From a bacterium (lineage in GTDB: Bacteria > Bacillota > Clostridia > Peptostreptococcales > Anaerovoracaceae), in contig CAVDMD010000001.1 in the NCBI GenBank assembly GCA_963609975.1, positions 1 to 43,251 on the forward strand: a stretch of DNA of 43,251 nucleotides, written 5' to 3'. Of the stretch, positions 1-7,009 are shown piece by piece. The position numbers and the translations under genes are program-made. The notes under the pieces are model-generated. The model was given only the letters and a program-made list of their open reading frames with translations, was not told where the DNA came from and searched no databases. Within the stretch, counting starts at the first letter, position 1. Each line of letters opens with the position of its first letter.

Positions 1-97
1 CATTGTACAGTTCCAGCATTTTCTCCTTGTCGTTAAACAGAGTCCTGAACATACCATCCTTAAATTCTCTGTTTACTTTAGCTTTTTCAGCTTCCAT
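1..97 (-). CDS. 5' end of an uncharacterised protein running off the left edge (MEAEKAKVNREFKDGMFRTLFNDKEKMLELYN...); N-terminus resembles Rpn/YhgA-like putative nuclease/transposase proteins
   Basis: Too short for the ORF track. ATG at 95-97 (complement) lies 8 nt downstream of GGAGG (106-110). 32 codons stay open to position 1. Family assignment is from memory of similar N-termini only. Confidence 0.35.
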   Translation of the reverse strand, partial: MEAEKAKVNREFKDGMFRTLFNDKEKMLELYN

Positions 98-386
98 TCA
101 TTTAACCTCCAATTATTTTTTCATCTTCCTAAAACCACTTTGTAGCTATATATTACTCCCGCAGATATACCCTGTCAATACTTTTTTGTTATATTTTAGG
201 CTATATATTTTCATATTCCCAAAACAATGTAAAAATTACATCAAAATCGCACCTTTTTCACGCTGTTTCACATACCCGGTATTCCTTATATCTGTTACAA
301 TCACTGCCTTGCAGCCCTTTGATATGATTTATAGCCAACGCAAAAAACTTCTGACAAAGACACTATTCTCTGATTTCGGGCATACT

Positions 387-408
387 AAAAGACGACCTTA
401 TGGCCGTC
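387..408 (-). terminator. Intrinsic terminator after pilT
   Basis: Minus strand reads GACGGCC-ATAA-GGTCGTC followed by TTTT, starting 5 nt after the pilT stop codon. Confidence 0.6.
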
Positions 409-412
409 CTGA

Positions 413-1453
413 TTAAATCTTTTCTGCGCTCCGGCTGTTTTTGGATCGCTCCGCCGCTTCCTCGCGGCTTATCTCACCCTCCATGGCAAGTTTCATAAGG
501 GCGTCGTCCATAAGTATGCTTCCGCCCTGTCTGTTCATGGTGATAAAGTTTTCTATCTGAGGGGTTTTGCCCTCTCTGACAAGGGTTCTGATAGCATCGT
601 TTACAACCATCACCTCGCAGACTGCCGCTCTGCCGCCTGAAAGCCTTGGCACAAGCTGCTGTGAAATCACCACTCTAAGTGTTGCGGAAAGCTGCATACG
701 TATCTGTTTTTGCTTGCCCTCCGGAAACACGCTGATGATTCTGTCTATGGAATCCGCCGCCGAATTGGTATGCAGGGTTGCAAAGACCAGGTGCCCTGTT
801 TCGGCTGCCGTAAGAGCCGCTTCAATAGTGTCAAGATCACGCATTTCTCCTATGAGGATTATATCCGGATCCTCTCTTAGTACTGCGCGCAGCCCGTCAG
901 CATAGCTTGCAGTGTCTCTGCCTATCTCGCGCTGGTTTATAACGCATTTGTCAGGTATGTGCACATATTCCACCGGATCCTCCAGTGTGATTATATGCTC
1001 AGCTCTGGTATGGTTGATTCTGCTTAATACAGCTGCAAGGGTCGTGGACTTTCCTGAACCTGTTTCACCTGTCACAAGGATTAAGCCGTTGCTGTATTTA
1101 GGGAGCAGCTCTACCGCCTCCGGAAGCCTGAGCTCCTCTATTTCGGGAATACGGCAGCTCAATATTCTGATTGCCGCAGATACTGCTCCGTTGGATCTGA
1201 AAATGTTGAGTCTGGTTCTTGCTCCGCATTCAAAAGTCAATGCCATATCAAGCTCGCCTATATCCTCTATCAGCGCATAGTTTTTGCCTGCAAGCTTTCT
1301 TAATGCTTCCTCACACTCGTCTGCAGATATAATTCTGTCGTCAAGGGTTGTTATCTGTCCGTCTATACGGCATCTGACAGGTCTTCCCGAAACTATGTGA
1401 ATATCAGAGGCATTCATTGTCTGCGCTCTGTTTACCATACTGTTTATATCCAT
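413..1453 (-). CDS. pilT: Type IV pilus retraction ATPase PilT (twitching motility protein)
   Basis: 346-aa ORF. Walker A GETGSGKST, Asp box IILIGEMRD, PilT-type His box AAETGHLVFATLHT. AGGAG RBS 8 nt upstream of the ATG. Lies 14 nt downstream of pilB. Confidence 0.9.
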   Translation of the reverse strand: MDINSMVNRAQTMNASDIHIVSGRPVRCRIDGQITTLDDRIISADECEEALRKLAGKNYALIEDIGELDMALTFECGARTRLNIFRSNGAVSAAIRILSCRIPEIEELRLPEAVELLPKYSNGLILVTGETGSGKSTTLAAVLSRINHTRAEHIITLEDPVEYVHIPDKCVINQREIGRDTASYADGLRAVLREDPDIILIGEMRDLDTIEAALTAAETGHLVFATLHTNSAADSIDRIISVFPEGKQKQIRMQLSATLRVVISQQLVPRLSGGRAAVCEVMVVNDAIRTLVREGKTPQIENFITMNRQGGSILMDDALMKLAMEGEISREEAAERSKNSRSAEKI

Positions 1454-1467
1454 ATATTCTACTCCTG

Positions 1468-3156
1468 TTATTCTGCTGTCGAATTGATGGCTCTGAGAGC
1501 TTCCTCGACCGTTGTGATGCCCTCAATCACCAGAGCGCTGCAGGCTTCTTTCATTGTTCTGAAATTTCCCGCCTCTGCTTCTTCTAAAAGAGCTTCCTCA
1601 GATACTCCCTCTGAAATCATGCGGCGCATTTTTTTGGTAAGAGTCAGTATCTCAAACACCGCCTGTCTTCCCATATAGCCCGAATGATGACACTCAGGGC
1701 AACCCTCGCCCTTGTAAAATTTAATGCCGTTCTTCTGTGAAATTCCCAGAAGTCTTTTTTCCTCGTCTGTCGGGACATATGAAGTCCTGCAGTGAGGGCA
1801 TATTTTTCTTACAAGGCGCTGTGATATTACTCCTTTGAGGGCACTTGAAATCATATATGGCTCTACTCCTATATCCATAAGCCTGTGTACTGCAGATATC
1901 GAGTCGTTGGTGTGAAGTGTTGACAGCACCAGATGACCTGTAATCGCAGCTCTTGCGACTATGGCGGCTGTTTCGCTGTCTCTGATCTCTCCAACCCCGA
2001 TAATATCGGGATCCTGACGCAGTATCGCCATAAGTCCGTTTGCAAAAGTCATTCCTGTTTTTTCGTTAATCTGGCATTGATTGACTCCTCTGATATCGTA
2101 TTCAACCGGATCCTCTAAAGTGACAATGTTGATTTCTTCTCCTGCAAGCTCCGAAAGCATTGCACACATTGTCGTGGATTTGCCCGATCCTGTCGGGCCT
2201 ACAAGAAGTATAATGCCGTTACTGTTCTGAAGCAGTGCGTCATACTTTGCCTCGTCGTCTCCTCCAAGGCCTATGGTTTTTTTGGAGATTTCACCGGATG
2301 ATTTGTCGAGAAGTCTTAAAACGACTTTTTCACCGTATACCATAGGCATTACCGACATACGGATATCTATGCTGCGGTCTTTGACTGTTACCATAGCGTG
2401 ACCGTCCTGCGGTGTTTTGCGCTCCGAAATGTTCATGCCGCCCATGATTTTGAGTCTTGATATAACTGTGGCCTGCAGATCGGATGGAACCGTAAGCATC
2501 TTGTGAAGATGCCCGTCTATTCTCATTCTTACAAACACTTCTTCTCTCTGAGGCTCTATGTGAATATCGCTGGCACGCTCTAAAAACGCTCTCTCTATTA
2601 TAGAGTTTACAAACCTGATGGTCGGCGCTTTGTTGATGTCCTCGTCAGCGGCTTCCTCTCTCCTTGCGGGCAGTATGTCGGCGGTGGTCATTTCGCGCTT
2701 CATATCCTCTATGGCACGCGCTGTGCCCTCACTGCCATAAAGAGCAGCTATTGCCTGCTCTATAGCTTTTTTGGCTGCTATCACAGGTATGACTTTTTTG
2801 CCGGAGATTTTTTTGACTGCCTCCTGTGCAATAAAATCAAGAGGGTCGCTCATCGCTATGTAAAGGCTGTCATCAGCCAGCCTGACAGGAACTATGCAAA
2901 GCTCCTTTGCTACTTTGCGCGGTACAAACCGTGTCAGCTCCACAGGAATAGACACCGTTGTAAGATCCATATAATCTATACCCAGCTGCATCTGCAGCGC
3001 TTCTATAAGTTCGGCGTTTGTGATGAAATTGTATTCAAGGAGTATGTCCCCAAGCCTTTGTTTTGTCTGTTTCTGAAGCTTCAGTGCAGCTTCAAGCTGC
3101 TCATCACTTATTATACCTGATGATTTGAGAAGCTCTCCCAACCTGATATATGCCAT
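1468..3156 (-). CDS. pilB: Type IV pilus assembly ATPase PilB/GspE family with N-terminal MshEN (T2SSE_N) domain
   Basis: Walker A GPTGSGKST and tetracysteine CPHC...CPEC motif typical of PilB/GspE. N-terminal RLGxxLLxxGII repeats. The ORF track starts at a GTG (3165) inside the GGGAGG RBS, so the ATG at 3154-3156 is preferred. Confidence 0.9.
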   Translation of the reverse strand: MAYIRLGELLKSSGIISDEQLEAALKLQKQTKQRLGDILLEYNFITNAELIEALQMQLGIDYMDLTTVSIPVELTRFVPRKVAKELCIVPVRLADDSLYIAMSDPLDFIAQEAVKKISGKKVIPVIAAKKAIEQAIAALYGSEGTARAIEDMKREMTTADILPARREEAADEDINKAPTIRFVNSIIERAFLERASDIHIEPQREEVFVRMRIDGHLHKMLTVPSDLQATVISRLKIMGGMNISERKTPQDGHAMVTVKDRSIDIRMSVMPMVYGEKVVLRLLDKSSGEISKKTIGLGGDDEAKYDALLQNSNGIILLVGPTGSGKSTTMCAMLSELAGEEINIVTLEDPVEYDIRGVNQCQINEKTGMTFANGLMAILRQDPDIIGVGEIRDSETAAIVARAAITGHLVLSTLHTNDSISAVHRLMDIGVEPYMISSALKGVISQRLVRKICPHCRTSYVPTDEEKRLLGISQKNGIKFYKGEGCPECHHSGYMGRQAVFEILTLTKKMRRMISEGVSEEALLEEAEAGNFRTMKEACSALVIEGITTVEEALRAINSTAE

Positions 3157-3215
3157 AAATGTCACCTCCCTGATGTGTTTTTATCAATAGTATATTTGCA
3201 GTTCTTTATCATAAC

Positions 3216-3253
3216 AAAAAAACTGACCGCACTATAAAATAATATGCAGTCAG
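3216..3253 (-). terminator. Intrinsic terminator forming the expression platform of the c-di-GMP riboswitch
   Basis: Minus strand reads CTGACTGC-N15-GCGGTCAG (8 bp, one G-U) followed by T7. Lies between the aptamer and the pilB RBS. Confidence 0.7.
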
Positions 3254-3330
3254 TCAGGCATACCCGAAGGCTTAGCCACTAAACTTTGCGTCCCCGCATT
3301 TCTGCGGGTTTGCCGATGTTAATTGAATCT
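3240..3330 (-). promoter_or_regulatory. c-di-GMP-I (GEMM-I) riboswitch aptamer
   Basis: Minus strand reads CGGCAAACC-CGCA-GAAA-TGCG-GGGACGCAAAG-TTTAGTGGCTAAGCC-TTCG-GGTATGCCTGACTGAC. It shows the GGCAAACC and GGGACGCAAAG junction strings, a GAAA-capped P2, and a P3 with CUAAG/UAUG tetraloop-receptor halves. Confidence 0.8.
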
Positions 3331-3456
3331 ATATAAATCTTTGTATTACAGCTGTCTGCTGTTTTAAGTATCTGTTGGGGCTCTTTTGCTGAGATCTTCA
3401 TGATATGTTCACAGGCTCTCATTTGCAATGCCTTTTTACCCCTCTGTTATGTTTAG

Positions 3457-3485
3457 AGTATAGTACAGGCGAATCATTTTTTCAA
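3457..3485 (-). promoter_or_regulatory. Candidate sigma-A promoter for the riboswitch-pilB-pilT transcript
   Basis: Minus strand TTGAAA-N17-TATACT. Lies about 125 nt upstream of the aptamer core. Confidence 0.4.
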
Positions 3486-3532
3486 TAGATTTATGTAAGT
3501 TTTTGTTCACAGGCAGGCTACCCCACCCTAAG

Positions 3533-5224
3533 CTACCTGAAAACCGGCTCCGACAGCAGCAGTTTTTCGTATTCGCCTGCAGGAACAGGTTTTGAAAAAT
3601 AGTATCCCTGCATAATTTCACAGCCAAAATCAAGAAGCACATCCGCCTGCTGTTTGGTTTCAACACCCTCCGCTATAACTTTAAGCCCCAGCTCTTTTGC
3701 CATGCGGATTACAGAGGATATGACGATTTCACTGCGTCTGGTATTCTCTCCCGCAAGGAATTTCATATCCAGTTTTAATATGTCAATTTCAATGTCTTTC
3801 AGCATATTGAGTGAGGAATATGCCGAACCGAAATCGTCCATTTCAACGATAAATCCCTCACTGCGCATTTTTTTTACAACCTCAATCAGCTGCTCAGGTC
3901 TGTCCGTGTATGCGCTTTCGGTAATTTCAAACCGGATACTTCCTGTCGGCACATTGTTGCGTTCAAGAATATTTTTGAGGCTCTGAACAAAATTATGGTT
4001 GTGAACGTAATTTCTCGACAGATTACCTGACACTGCAATGTGCCTGTCCGGCATCATATCCATCCATTTTCGAATATAACGGCATACTTTTTCAATCATA
4101 TGTTTGTCTATTTCGCCGATTCGGTTGCTGTTTTCGAGAATCGGAATAAATGATGCAGCCGTCAGCAGCCCTTTTTGATAGTGTCTCCATCGTGTAAGAG
4201 CCTCTGCACCCAACATCTCTCCTGTTCTGTAATTGATCTGCGGCTGAAACCATACTTCAAATTCATCATCTCTGATTGCCCTGTCAACATCATTAAGCAG
4301 TTCCTGCTGTTTAATCTCAGCCTCCATAGTGCCTTTCTGATAATAGACAAATGTCCTGTCGTGCTTGCCTTTGGCGGACTGCAGCGCCAAAAGAGCCTTG
4401 CAGCTCATATCAAACGAGTCACAGCCCGGCTCACACAAATCATATATACCCATGTGTATCGTCAGTGGAATATTAAGTTCATAGTTTTTGAATGCCTCAT
4501 GGCAGGCATGGGAATAATATTCAGGCGGCGGTGAGCCTTCCGGACAAAACCGCACAAAATGATCCGCATTAAGATGTGCGGCAAAACAGTCGCCTGAATT
4601 ATATTTCTTCATAAACTGACCAAGATCGCGCAAAACTCTGTCTCCGACGGAATATCCGTAAACTCCGTTAATATTTCTGAAATGATCGATATTATATCTT
4701 TGTATGCGGAATTTTTTGCCGGGGTTGTTTTTAATCCATTCCATAGCACGCCTGTGAAAACCTGCAGAGTTATACAGTCCGGTCAAAGAATCTGTTTCAC
4801 TTGCAACTATTTCGGAAATATCCTCACAGGTGAGAATAACAAGGTCTTTTTGGTCATCATAATATTCATAACACAGTTTTTTGAATAAAGAACCGCTTTC
4901 ATCATCTATGAACTGTATGTTTACATTGTATGTTTTTTGTGCTTCCATACTGTTTCTGACCACATCAAGCGCAACTTTGTCCCCGATGGAGAACCGGACT
5001 TTTTTTTCGATGCTCTGCATAAACCGCCCCATATTATATGAATATGATGTGTTCAGGCTGTCAATGTAAGGAGCCATTCTGCCTGTGCAGCTGTCGTTTA
5101 TTGGGATAATCTCATCTGTATCAAGATCAACCAGAACCACTCCGTCAAAATGATCAAGCAGAAGCCGTTTTAGTACTTTGGATTCATCAACTCGCTGCGC
5201 AGCTTTGGTGCGGGAATTTAGCAT
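3533..5224 (-). CDS. Cytoplasmic PAS-like / degenerate GGDEF / EAL protein (predicted c-di-GMP phosphodiesterase)
   Basis: 563 aa. GGDEF signature position reads NADHF (degenerate). EAL domain keeps EAL(TR), N (SGNLS), EITES, DDFG, KLD, EGVE and QGYYFSKP. GAGGAGG RBS 8 nt upstream of the ATG. Confidence 0.85.
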   Translation of the reverse strand: MLNSRTKAAQRVDESKVLKRLLLDHFDGVVLVDLDTDEIIPINDSCTGRMAPYIDSLNTSYSYNMGRFMQSIEKKVRFSIGDKVALDVVRNSMEAQKTYNVNIQFIDDESGSLFKKLCYEYYDDQKDLVILTCEDISEIVASETDSLTGLYNSAGFHRRAMEWIKNNPGKKFRIQRYNIDHFRNINGVYGYSVGDRVLRDLGQFMKKYNSGDCFAAHLNADHFVRFCPEGSPPPEYYSHACHEAFKNYELNIPLTIHMGIYDLCEPGCDSFDMSCKALLALQSAKGKHDRTFVYYQKGTMEAEIKQQELLNDVDRAIRDDEFEVWFQPQINYRTGEMLGAEALTRWRHYQKGLLTAASFIPILENSNRIGEIDKHMIEKVCRYIRKWMDMMPDRHIAVSGNLSRNYVHNHNFVQSLKNILERNNVPTGSIRFEITESAYTDRPEQLIEVVKKMRSEGFIVEMDDFGSAYSSLNMLKDIEIDILKLDMKFLAGENTRRSEIVISSVIRMAKELGLKVIAEGVETKQQADVLLDFGCEIMQGYYFSKPVPAGEYEKLLLSEPVFR

Positions 5225-5254
5225 GAAAAGACCTCCTCTCTACTACTATGAATG

Positions 5255-5294
5255 AAAAAAGCTCACTCCGCACAGACAATCATCCCGCGAAGCA
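5255..5294 (-). terminator. Terminator-like hairpin plus U-tract in the 5' leader of the EAL gene
   Basis: Minus strand TGCTTCGC-N15-GCGGAGTG (8 bp including wobbles), then AGC-TTTTTT. Lies about 30 nt upstream of the start codon. Confidence 0.4.
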
Positions 5295-5303
5295 CCCCCC
5301 CCC
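5295..5303 (-). repeat. G9 homopolymer (C9 on plus strand) in the 5' leader
   Basis: Counted directly and consistent with the ...KLGGGAS... translation of shadow ORF 5246..5431. It abuts the 5' arm of the leader hairpin. Confidence 0.9.
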
Positions 5304-5402
5304 AATTTCAAATATGTTTCATGCATATCAAGCCTCTTTTGAAATTTAATACCGGTTTCTCTCACATTACAAACACTGTGTAACAGGCCGAACGGTTTGT
5401 TA

Positions 5403-5431
5403 AGTTTAGCATTATTATTGAAAAAAGTCAA
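5403..5431 (-). promoter_or_regulatory. Candidate sigma-A promoter of the PAS/EAL gene
   Basis: Minus strand TTGACT-N17-TAAACT. Implies a ~170-nt leader. Confidence 0.4.
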
Positions 5432-5457
5432 TGAATCAGAAATCTGATCTCTGCAGA

Positions 5458-5841
5458 CTACTCAAGTAAAAGCTCATGCTCCTCATGATGAGCACGGCAG
5501 TTATATATGACTGTGTATCCTCCGTCAGAAGCAGCGTCTACCGCATAAGTGCCTGCCTGAAGCACAGCTGTCCTGTCGCTTATCGGGAATTTTACGGTTT
5601 TAAAATCGTATGCAACTGTACCGTTAAAATATGGTACACGACTGTTATCAAGATATTCCCCTGTTTCCTGATAGTTAACCTGGAGTTCTGCATAGTAGGC
5701 CCTCACATTTGCTTTGTCGGCAGACACTTTAGCTTTGTGGAGTGATTTAGAAAACGCAGGAACAGAAACAGCGACAAGCGCCACTAAAACCCCAATGGCA
5801 ACTATCATTTCTATGACTGTAAAACCCTTTTTGTTCTTCAT
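5458..5841 (-). CDS. Type IV prepilin / pseudopilin (N-terminal cleavage-methylation domain)
   Basis: 127 aa. MKNKKG|FTVIEMIVAIGVLVALVAV shows a class III signal peptide with G-1, F+1, E+5 and a hydrophobic helix. Confidence 0.85.
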   Translation of the reverse strand: MKNKKGFTVIEMIVAIGVLVALVAVSVPAFSKSLHKAKVSADKANVRAYYAELQVNYQETGEYLDNSRVPYFNGTVAYDFKTVKFPISDRTAVLQAGTYAVDAASDGGYTVIYNCRAHHEEHELLLE

Positions 5842-6994
5842 TTCGGGCCACTACCCCCCCCCTATTTTTCTTTCTGTAATATTCTCTTTTTTCTTCGTAC
5901 ATTTTTTCATCCATACGCGTCAGGAATGTGTCAGCATTATCATTCTCTCTGAGCTTTGTCATTCCCATGGAAACACTTAGCGCAAAAGGAGCCTTCTCTG
6001 ACATATTAAAGGATTTAATGTTTTTTTGTATGTCAGACAAAGTGTCATCGGCAATCTGCTGCGACACCCCTGACAGCAGCACTACAAATTCATCTCCCGC
6101 ATAGCGTATAGGTATTCCTCCGCCCGGAACAGAATTGAAAATTATATCTCCCACAGTGCTGATAGCCTTGTCGCCTATACTGTGTCCAAATTTATCATTT
6201 ATCGTCTTCAGGTCATTTATGTCTATCATTATTCCGTATAGGGAGTCTGTGCTCCTGATTTTTCTGTCTGCGAGAATCCTGTTCAGAAAATTCCGGTTGT
6301 AAAGTCCCGAAAGCGTATCGCTCATCATATTTTCCGTGTCTGCCTGCATCTGGACAAATATCATCGCAATTGCAACGGATAGCCACGATGTTGTTATCCC
6401 ATACCAGATAAACTGGGCAATCACTCCTGCAAGGCACGGTGCGATGAAAAACTGAACCGGGAAAAAAGACAAATGCAAAGCTTGTCCTCCGGACATCGCA
6501 ACAAGAGCAATACTGCAGGCAAAATAAATTAAAAGTGTTACATACCCCAAAGCGACATAGGCCCCTCTGTAATACAGATTCTCATCGGACACACCAAACA
6601 GAAAACCTGTGCCAAACAAGTTGTACATAATAGCGATAATTTCTATAAGCCACGGAATCATAATGATTTTAATTTTTTGCAGTGTCTTATTGCAGTTTTT
6701 ATAAACATGAAGGTCTACATAAATACACCAGAGAAACCCTATGCTTACTGTCCCGAGGAACGAAAGACTGTTGGTGGCATAATTAACTATGTATCCGCCG
6801 GATATATCTTTCCCGTCTACCAGAAAAGCAGCTGTCTCGACTATTGCTCCAAGCAGTGTGATAACCGCCATCAGATTATATATCCTGTCATCCTGATGAA
6901 TATTCTTCCCGTTTTTTCTTCTGTATCTCAGCAGAAAAAACATCAGCAAAACAACTGTCACATTTACAACTAATACCTCTTCTATAACTCCCAT
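5747..6994 (-). CDS. Polytopic membrane GGDEF-domain protein (predicted diguanylate cyclase, AGDEF variant)
   Basis: 415-aa ORF with about 6-7 N-terminal TM helices. GGDEF domain has DINDLKTINDKFGHSIGD and RYAGDEF. AGGAGG RBS. The last ~35 codons overlap the pilin gene out of frame and depend on the G9 tract at 5864-5872, so the true 3' end is probably near 5860. Confidence 0.8.
   Translation of the reverse strand: MGVIEEVLVVNVTVVLLMFFLLRYRRKNGKNIHQDDRIYNLMAVITLLGAIVETAAFLVDGKDISGGYIVNYATNSLSFLGTVSIGFLWCIYVDLHVYKNCNKTLQKIKIIMIPWLIEIIAIMYNLFGTGFLFGVSDENLYYRGAYVALGYVTLLIYFACSIALVAMSGGQALHLSFFPVQFFIAPCLAGVIAQFIWYGITTSWLSVAIAMIFVQMQADTENMMSDTLSGLYNRNFLNRILADRKIRSTDSLYGIMIDINDLKTINDKFGHSIGDKAISTVGDIIFNSVPGGGIPIRYAGDEFVVLLSGVSQQIADDTLSDIQKNIKSFNMSEKAPFALSVSMGMTKLRENDNADTFLTRMDEKMYEEKREYYRKKNRGGVVARNEEQKGFYSHRNDSCHWGFSGACRCFCSCVF
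5864..5872 (-). repeat. G9 homopolymer at the cyclase stop / pilin RBS junction
   Basis: Codons AGG GGG GGG GTA in the cyclase frame. Lies 22 nt upstream of the pilin ATG. Confidence 0.9.
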
Positions 6995-7009
6995 AGTCTC
7001 CCCTCCTGT

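Noticed and set aside
3-416. 137-aa plus-strand ORF at the left edge
   Set aside because: Low-complexity, Phe/Ile/Leu/Ser-rich translation of an AT-rich intergenic region. It has no RBS and overlaps the RBS and start of the minus-strand edge gene and the pilT terminator. Judged spurious.
567-3165. Multiple 60-160-aa plus-strand ORFs inside pilT/pilB, and similar antisense ORFs inside most large genes across the window
   Set aside because: These are shadow ORFs opposite strongly supported coding regions, with Ser/Leu/Arg-rich composition, no RBSs and no recognisable domains.
3279-3422. 47-codon minus-strand ORF (MRACEHIMKISAKEPQQ...) overlapping the riboswitch aptamer
   Set aside because: It runs straight through the conserved aptamer core, has only a weak RBS, and shows no recognisable peptide features.
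5246-5431. 61-aa ORF in the PAS/EAL leader spanning the G9 tract
   Set aside because: Its start codon is the TTG of the putative -35 box, so it would lie upstream of the TSS. There is no RBS.
5225-5457. A second c-di-GMP riboswitch (class I or II) in the leaders at 5225-5457 and 8972-9192
   Set aside because: I looked for GGCAAACC/ACGCAAAG (class I) and the class II pseudoknot strings and found neither. The leaders are reported only as unclassified structured leaders.
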